NCBI GenBank assembly: GCA_964247055.1
Contig: OZ176052.1
Span: 2,976,001 to 3,040,000, forward strand
Length of the DNA stretch: 64,000 nucleotides
Direction: 5' to 3'
Source: Paragordius varius
Lineage: Eukaryota > Animalia > Nematomorpha
Part shown: in pieces, positions 55,109-64,000 of the stretch
Position numbering within the stretch: the stretch's first letter is position 1
How the letters are laid out: each line of letters begins with the position of its first letter
Notes under the pieces: generated by a model
The model's input: the letters and a program-made list of their open reading frames with translations, nothing else
Database searches by the model: none
What the model was told of the DNA's origin: nothing
Made by a program: the position numbers and the translations under genes

Positions 55109-56191
55109 AATGAAGAATAGTAATAATTTTAATTCAATTTTGTTTCTTCCAACAAAAGAGAAATTTAAATGATAAATATTGTTTTGGTTAAAATTTTTAG
55201 CATACACATGTTACATAGAATTTAACGACCAACAAAGCGCCTACACCTCTTGTAATTTTACAAATTTTAAATTACCAAATTAAGGTAAACGGAGATATTT
55301 TGGGATGGCTAATCGAGTATTCCATTATACTGATTTGTCAATCAAAATAAAAAATCGCAAAATACCAACATTATGGTAAATAGACTTTTAAAAATATTTA
55401 ATGTTATCACAATAGATCATTGGGCAAAATTTTTTCAGATAGGCTCCGAAAAAAAGCTTATTTTCTTATTAAGCGAAAAAGCCGCGAAAATTATCAATTG
55501 TAGGGATGTCATATTTTTAGTCATTATTAAATCTATAGTTTTTCAAATTAAAGCAAAATTTTTTAATAGATTTTAAGCTAAAAGCTATACCGATTTATTA
55601 AAAAATAAAAAAAAACAATTGAAACAACATTTTTTAAATTGAATAATATATATCCTAATAAGCTATTAAGAAATAGGTAAACGTAAAATTTTAGTACCAT
55701 TGTGACTATATATAAAATTATTGTTCATATGCTTTTATACTTTTAGGGGTTATATATTTTGATATTTATAGAGTTCACCTTTTTATCCATTTAACTTTAC
55801 AGCTACAACCATTAAAATCACAGAGCTGTAATCTAAATTAGGAAAACAAAAAATTCCAAATTTTCAGATTCATTCTAAATACAACTATTGAAGTTATTTT
55901 ATTAACATAAACACGAATAAAACCACAACATTGAAAAGCTTATAACACTTTATGAACCTATTCCTTCATTATAAAAATGAGTCATAAGAGAGAACTTTTC
56001 AGAAAAAGATATATTAAAAAAATTCATTTTCTTAGGGTCCTAAAATATGGAAAAAATATAAATTCTAAATCTTAAAAAAAATAGGTCCAGGTATATCATA
56101 AAGTTCTTCTAAAATTAATTATATTTTATAAATCTATTTGGAATTTAACTACAATAATAATAATAATATATAATAATATAAAAAATCAATG

Positions 56192-59100
56192 TTATAATGT
56201 GGTGTCTTTATCCTCCCTCATGGTTTTATAAAGCTGTTTTCTAATTTTTGGATCAAGAAACTTGGTCATTTTTGTGAATATAGGATCTTTAAGGCTAAAA
56301 TTGCATCTATTTAAATAAAATAAAATGAAGGAATGATATTATAGTTAAAGCATATGTTGTCAGTGCTAATCAACCATGGTATGTTATTATTTAAAATATA
56401 ATATGGATAAAATAAAATATTTTTTTTTCATTATTCAAAACATTTCTGTTTTATGGTAAATCTATGGTAAAACATGTAAATTCATAATTAACATACATAT
56501 CTTTCAAATAGAATTCCAATATGTTAAGATTGTATGGCTCTGTAAAAGGGAACAATCTTACCACTTTTTTGTAGGAATTAATGTTGAGATCTATAATTTC
56601 TTCACATCTAACCAATATAAAATATATATAAATTATTTAAAATATTTGCGATATCATTATTGAATGCTAATAGTTATCCCTAACAATATAATGAAAATAA
56701 GCTAAAAATATTTAAAAAAGTCAACCTAAATTTTACTCTAATTTTTCCTATATGATTTGGGCTCTATATGGGTAAAGATAACTCATTTTCATATTTTCCC
56801 CTATTTAACAATCCAATTAGAATTTGCTATACATCCAAAATATATACCCTTATCTCATAGAGCTCTTTTTTAAAACGATTGATTTCATTTTAAACTTATT
56901 ACACCTTGCATATAAGATGATATTTTCCAAAGAATTTGTATATTTAATCTACCTACTTTGATAATACTAGGGACATTAGTTCATCATAGTTCTCAAGGTT
57001 ACGGAACGCGGGAAAAACTTTATCTGCAATATCAATTAATTTTTCACGTCTAAGATAATCGGTCGTAATTAGTTCACGTATATCGCGACACACTTGTGTT
57101 AATGGTTTGCGTCGACGTTTACGAATTCTATAATCTTTAGCCAATGTTTCCTCGCTATTTGGGGAATTTATGGTGACAAAATTATCAAAGGTTTCTGATG
57201 ATGTGGTAGGCCGATCATTTGATTTATATGGGTTTGCCGTCTTTTTTTCAATATTGTTTCCCTTTTTTCTGGTAATGATAGATAGAGGGACGTTTGTTTC
57301 TTGACTCAATACAAATGATTTAGTACGCGTTAAGGGACGAGGAGTGCATAATTTACCTGTATATTGTGTAGTTTTATTAACCATAATCTCATCTGGAACA
57401 TTATGCGATTCTAAGGAGCGTTGTTCATTATCAATATTTAAACTGTTTTCATTGAGTGTTTTATTAGTCATATCATCATTAAGGTAAGTTGATAAACCTT
57501 TTAGGGTTGTTTTAACACTCATCATAGGTGAATGTGGTGTATTGATTAATCCACCAATTTTGGTTGACGTAAAAACCGATTTTCTATCTTTTATTTGGCT
57601 TGGTAGCATTTTCGAATGGTAATGATCATTGTTACCATCATTATCAGCAGATTCGACTGGCATAATATGGTGTTCGATTGTTGAGATACGAACAGATTTA
57701 CGAGACCTAAGTTTAGAGCTATTTGCCGTGTTTTTAGATATGGTATTCGTTTCTAATTTTAGCAAAAATTGTAAATGTGACAAAATATAATTGAGATTAA
57801 AAAGGTATGAAAATATAAGATTTAAACTAAAACAATGGACTAATCATTCTTAATATTGGCTTGATATTCATTTAAAGGATGTATAAATTAAACATAATTT
57901 AGATAAAAAAAAGATTTTTTGTACATATACATACCATCATATTTTATCTTAGTGTTCTGATATTAAACGCATAAACATTATGAGTTCACACAAACTAATA
58001 TTATAAAAATGTAAAAATACAATAGTAATACCTTGATTGGTTGATGGACAATTTCGGTACATTTGGCTCATTTTATCAAGCGAACCAAAACTTAGGTTAT
58101 GCGTATTCTTATGTATACGGACAGTATTTTTAGATGACTTGTTGGTGGTGCTATAAAAATCGGACAATGTATTTGTCGTTAGAGTATAAGTTCCACAACC
58201 CTGAGCGTCATTTTCATTGTGTTCGTCACCAGAATTAAATAAAGGTAAATTTACTACTCCTGGAACATTGGGAACGATTGAATTGTTAACAACAGGAGGT
58301 AATGGTAAATCTTGACGAGTTTCTAAACCGTTAATATAAAAGATATCAATTATTTAGATTTATGTTTATGTGTGCTAATTTTTTTATCAAATAAAAAATT
58401 TCGAATATTGCAATGATTAAATACAATTCAATAGTTAAAAATGTAGCATAGAGGATTCTCACCCTTAAACTTAACAATTTAAATAAGTAGCTGCGTACTT
58501 TACTTTTCTTAAATAGTACTAATTTTTTAAATTACAACTGCAGATAAGTTCCATATAACTTCCCATGGCTCAATAGTTTGTGATTTCACGCCATAAATAA
58601 CCAAAAACAAACAATAAATGGTTAAAAATAAATTATCTCTTGCTAAAAATTATATTTTTAAATTTAAAAGGGGGGTCTTCAAGAGTGTCCTTGAACACTT
58701 CAAGTTGGTCCTTAAACATTTTAAGTTGGTCCTTGAACATTTCAAATTGGTCTTTGAACACTTTAAGTTGGTCCTTAAAATTTTTTAGATTTAATTTAAC
58801 CATAATTTTTGCATTTATTTTTTTGTTATATTATTTTTTAACCTAATTTTCTTTTTTATTATATATTTATTCATTTAAAAATAAAATTTTTTATTGAAAC
58901 ACCACTTTTTTATTTCAAATTATTTTTCTTCAATTCAACAAAATATTTAACTTTTAAATGTTTTTAATCAAAAATTGTAATTAATAACGCAAAAAACTTA
59001 TATATTTTTTCATTTCGTGTTAAAATCTTATAAATATCCAAAATAAACATAAGAAATTAATAAACATATACGGTTCTGAATGATTAAAAGTTGACATTGA

Positions 59101-62100
59101 TTTAAAATTAATGTTAAATAATAAATAGGTTAAAAACAATAAAATTGATGAATGATATACGATTTGATTGATAAAAATTAAAAACAAAACAAAAAAGTCA
59201 AAGGACCAACTTAAAATATTCAAGGATCAACTTGAAGTGCATATGGTATACATATAATATATGTATTTTTTTCACTATCGGGTCATTACAAGGATCACCT
59301 ACTACAAAAAATAGGAACAAATCATAATATGTCAATAATATTTTAGATGGATATAATGAGATAACTACATATAAAAAATATATTCCTTGATAATTTGGTC
59401 AATTAAAATATGTAGACTAATTAAATTAGATTAAAGCTAAAATTAATTCATTTTTAAAATAAATTTTTTTTGAAATACAAAGAATAAATTAAGAATTTCG
59501 CTTAAAAATGACCAATTTTTTTAAAAATATTCTCACCAATCTTTTTCTTCCCATAATTTTCCGTATCAACTACGTATGTTTCGTTGTAATTTACAATATT
59601 ATCATTTTGGGATATAATGGATTTTGCTGCCGTATTTATAGTTTGCTCTGTTTCAATGATATTATTTCTACAAAATCAATATGAAATCAAATATTTATGT
59701 TTCGATAATATATAAATTTTATATGCATCATCTACAGTTAATATCACCCTTGAATCTAATTCACAAAATCTGTTTTTTTTAAATTAAAATTACCTATATT
59801 TTTTTATATTTTTTCAAAAATGAAATTCTGTTAAAATTAATATAATAATGAAAACTATAAACTATGTTATAAAGATATATCACATATAGTAAAAGATTAT
59901 ACGGATTATACGGACAAATTTTTTTTCAAAAGACAACCAATTTTTTCTAACCTTAATTTATCCTAAAAAAATCATTTAATTACAATAATTTATGATTTAC
60001 CAATATACATCTTTTTTATATAATATTTAGTTTAAAACAAAAACAATAAATTATAAATAAAATAATCAAGATTTAAAAAGTATGGTTGTCAAGAAAAAAA
60101 TATTTGTCTCTATATTTTTACGATTTTCCCTATAATTTCAATTTTTACTGTAAGAATGATGAGTTATATTATCCCGAAAATACATAATTTATTTTTAGGG
60201 TGAATTTGAATTATAAATGGTATATAAGATTTGTAATGGGTTATATATTATAGGATATTTACCTTTAAGCAAACAACGTTTTAAAAATGACAAAAACTGT
60301 AAAAAAAATATAAAAACCAACCTTTTAGTGCTGTTTGAGAAAGGCGAAAAATTTTGGGCTTCCAAATTGAGTAGCTGTGGTTTAAAAGTTTTATTACGTA
60401 AAACATTAAATTTATTTTTTCCCACATCATCTATTGGACCGTCTAAAAATAAAATAAATGTTAAATATATAAATGGAGATTTCCCAATTTTCTCTATTTG
60501 TATTATAGTTTATCAATTATTTTTTTTATTAACATTTTTTTCAAAAAATAGGAATTTTTTTATATAATAGGTATAAATACCCATATCACATATTAAGGTC
60601 ATATCGGAATCATTCTTATTTTCTGCAAGATTTTTTTGCTTTTCATCATTTTGGGGGTTAATATAAAGATTGGTCCTACATGGCAACAGTTTATTAGGTT
60701 TATTTCTCAGAGTTTTGTAAGGTTGTGATGATTTAACATCTTTTATATTTTCCAATGTTGTTAAATCCATATTACTAAATATGGGAAGTAAAAATATGGT
60801 ATATATATATATATATATATATATAATTATTTAACTAAAAAATCTTTATTCTATTGATTATCAATAACGAAAAAAAAATAACCAATAAGTAGGATTTACC
60901 ATATATTTTTTCGTTTAATAAATCAAACAATTGTTTAAAATCCTCAATTCATTTATGAAACTAAAACTTAATCTACATTTTTTTATAAAACATAATAATT
61001 TATCATATAACAAAGACAAAGCCCATTTTATTAATAATTTTTAAAAAAACATATCCAATGAAAAAAATATAAATTAATTTTTAACAGTAATACTGATCTA
61101 AATATGAAACATAAATCAATTTAAACCTGTCATCATCCATTTTATGGGGTGAATCCATATGGAATTTCGAATTGGCATTAATATTAGTAGACATGGTGCG
61201 TGGATTAAAAGATCGAATTCTTTTAACTTTGGCATTTATGGCATTAGCACCCATACTTTTAACAAAAGTTTGTTCATTTAGGATTGCGTCTCTATTGATG
61301 TCGCTATATGTGATAAAATGAAAGAATACGGCAAAAAAAGTTTAAAAATTATATAATGATATTTTTTTGTTAAAATACGTCATAACGAAATAGCATGAAA
61401 ACTTAATAAATGAGACTATCAATATATTTACCTATATTTTTCTAGCTAATCTACATTACAGTGTGCATTTCAATGGTTGCTTATTTCACACTATAGTAGG
61501 GCATTTTTCAACACATTAGTGTATGGAAAAAAACAACACAATGTTGAATTAACAATTATTTCCTTTCTTTTTCCATACACTACTGTATTGCAAATTAGCC
61601 TACTATAGTGTTAAATAAGCAACCATTAAAATGCATACTGTATATGAACTAGGTAAGGACTATAACCCAGTGAATATATTTTTGTTTATAATGGGTCTTT
61701 TATATTGGTAACAAAAAATTAAGCGCCTATAAAATATTTTGTTTTATCTTGCCTAAATGATGTGTATAATTAGTAGCGGGTAAATTCATACTTTGGGAGA
61801 AAAAAACAATTTAGAGCACCCATATAATTAATTAATTGACCTGCTTACTTAATGTTATGCACTTATAAAAATCAATTTCTCAAATTTTCTGAGATGGCAT
61901 CAACAGGACCTTTTCTAAATATCATTATTTGTTTTTGTTAGAAAATAACGTTATTACAGTTTAATTGTTTATAACCTTAAGTTAAATTATTATTATTATT
62001 TAAATGGATAATTTATTTGGACTTAATTGACATTATATTTAAAACAAATAGTATTTTTTTTAATTAATTGCCAATTATCCTTTTAAAAATATATATACAC

Positions 62101-62623
62101 CTGTACAACCACAATGCGTTAGTTATAAAACGAATTCCATTAAATTATATTTTAATTATTTCAAATTTAATATTGAGTATTAAATAGTTAAACATTATTA
62201 TATACCATTCTATAATATTTTGAAAACTCTAGGGTGTGATTTAAATTTTACAATTTTGTAAAGCATTTGAAATTTAGAAAAAAACGGTTTAAAAATTTTA
62301 AATGTATAAAACTAACATTTTATTAATTGATAATAACCTGGTAAAACATAATTATTACGATATAAATACAGCCAAAATACAAGCGTTTTATACTATAAAA
62401 TATAAGAATTTTACTCTTTTGACTGGGTATTATCAATATCTTGATTAATCAAATGTTTAATTGCATTTTGTCGAATATTATTGGCTTGAATCAAACTAGT
62501 AGCTTTGTGAATTCTACCAAATCCACGTGGCTTAAGGGTAGGGTTTTGATTAGCCTTTGTCGTATTTAATTCATCATCGATTGAATCAGTATATTTATTT
62601 CTATACGGTAGTAAAAATTGGAA
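56192..62623 (-). CDS. Uncharacterised, largely low-complexity protein (at least 710 aa, 5' end not found); exons 62623..62415, 61303..61127, 60774..60581, 60442..60322, 59667..59537, 58322..58032, 57752..56957, 56607..56497, 56294..56192
   Basis: Nine open GT-AG-bounded exons whose phases (2,2,1,2,1,1,2,2) chain without a stop to TAA at 56192. Confidence 0.8.
58677..59250. mobile_element. MITE family R1, copy 3, in the opposite orientation with one end clipped
   Basis: CTTCAAGAGTGTCCTTGAACAC plus 4 units at left; internal region is the reverse complement of copies 1 and 2; ends GAAGTGCATATGGTATA. Confidence 0.85.
59725..60224. mobile_element. MITE family R2, degenerate copy interrupted by an R3 element
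   Basis: The R2 core (AAATTACCTATATTTT...AAACTATG / AATGATGAGTTATATTATCCCGAAAATAC) is split by an insertion; ends TAAATGGTATA. Confidence 0.7.
59887..60150. mobile_element. R3 MITE nested in R2
   Basis: TAGTAAAA...TTTTACTG with TA on both sides (59885-86 and 60151-52). Confidence 0.7.
61459..61640. mobile_element. R5 MITE, best-preserved copy
   Basis: TA-CAGTGTGCATTTCAATGGTTGCTTATTT...AAATAAGCAACCATTAAAATGCATACTG-TA. Confidence 0.85.
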
Positions 62624-63103
62624 CTATGAAAATAAAAAAAATAAAAGACAACGAACGATTCATTTACATTGTCTTGCATATACTTGTTTAAACCTTGAAT
62701 TTTCCCTTATAAACTATAAATATACTTGAGTGTGACTAATATTATATTTTACAGTATGCATTTTAATGTCTGTTAAGTAATTTTATTGCCTGCCAAATAA
62801 CATAAGTGGTTTATCAAAAGCGTAAAATACTGACCCACGAAATTATTTCGTAGTACACATATGAAAGAAGATTGACGTGAAAATTAACATAGGCTTTAAT
62901 TTGATGGATATTTTGTAATGTTAAATTTTGGGAATATTATAGCAATTTATGTTAACATTTGTAATATTGTTGTTACGTATTTAGATGCGGAATTTTGTGG
63001 GTTTTTATCTTTGATAAATTAATAAATAGTAAAATACGTATTTTAAGATATTTTATGTTAATTATTCCTAAATTTAATAATAAATATTTTTCAACATGCT
63101 AAA

Positions 63104-63893
63104 TACCTGTATTAATTAATCTTGGTATCATAATATTATATAGTTGTTATTACTAATTAAAAAAACACAGGTAAATATATATTTGTGAAAATTTAAGTAG
63201 ATTTTTGTCTTTTATGTTTTGCATTATTTTTATCAGGTAAAAATTGCGGTTTTTAATAAATTTCCTAAAAATTAAGTTTTTTTTTGTTTTTTAGGTTTTG
63301 CATTGTTAATTGAAATTAATTACTACATATTTTGGACATTATAATAAATAGAGGTAAAAATTGCGGTTTTTAACAAATTTCAAATGTAACATTTTTTGTA
63401 TCTTGTATCATTGTTATTTAATTAATTACTAAATATTTTGGACATTTAAAAAACTTGTGTAAATTGCGGTTTTTATTAAATTAGTAAATTTTATTTTTTG
63501 TTCAACCTTGCTAATTTATTTATCACTATATATTTGTGATACATTGATATATACAGGTAAAAATTACTATGACTTGCGGTTTTTTGAATTTTTTAAAATA
63601 TTTTTTTTACATTGATAACTTATATAATAAATATAGTTAACATATCTGAGTAGGTAAAAATGCATATTACGGTTTTATGTTTGACATTTTATTTTCCATC
63701 AACTATTTATATTTTAACAAACAACTTATGTCACCAATGATTGAAAATAAGATCAAGAAATATAAAACATCTTTTAAAGTACTGAATATCGCCAAATATA
63801 AATAAATTTATTTAAATTATAAATGTATAATTATACAAAATATTCATATTATGTTTGAAATTAACATTCTTCTTATTGTTATTAATACAGGTA
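63104..63893. repeat. Degenerate ~100-117-bp tandem array bounded by a 13-bp inverted repeat
   Basis: AGGTAAAAATTGCGGTTTT or variants at about 63234, 63351, 63457, 63554 and 63651; TACCTGTATTAAT at 63104 and ATTAATACAGGTA ending at 63893. Confidence 0.6.
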
Positions 63894-64000
63894 ATTTGTT
63901 TATATAATTGATGTACGATGCGGTGTGCGTTCATGATGATCATATGGATGGAAGAATAGTATAAGATGTAGATAATCCTGAAAATTTTAATCACCATCAT

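Noticed and set aside
59700-59772. Apparent exon FCELDSRVILTVDD of the unknown gene
   Set aside because: It ends in a stop, is out of phase and coincides with the left end of an R2 element
63812-64000. Minus-strand 62-aa ORF as the 5' exon of the unknown gene
   Set aside because: No donor in the phase (0) required to join exon 62623

Overview
A very AT-rich eukaryotic (almost certainly animal) window with spliceosomal GT-AG introns; the organism cannot be identified from the sequence alone. Seven host genes were rebuilt exon by exon from splice sites, phase consistency and remembered family motifs. They are: the 3' part of exportin-1/CRM1 (+, 856..7944); a two-exon class A GPCR with giant loops (+, 14572..21495); a small PSMD9/Nas2-like gene missed by the ORF track (-, 25715..26085); a DDX51-like DEAD-box helicase (-, 28534..34714) head-to-head with CDK8 (+, 34803..42134); a single-ORF 1146-aa FoxA (+, 48009..51449); and a 5'-incomplete uncharacterised multi-exon gene (-, 56192..62623). 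A 5'-truncated BovB-like RTE LINE with an uninterrupted ORF lies at about 10361..12657, and at least six families of non-autonomous repeats fill the introns and intergenic DNA. The most striking signal is two consecutive 22-nt GT-AG introns in PSMD9, both required to restore the frame, plus a probable 32-nt intron in DDX51. They coexist with introns of 124 nt to 4 kb. Other points of interest are two sister foldback-like MITE families with variable 21-bp subterminal arrays, an apparently PDZ-less PSMD9, only 88 bp between divergent start codons, and large insertions in normally conserved proteins. No database search could be run; homologue comparisons are from memory.
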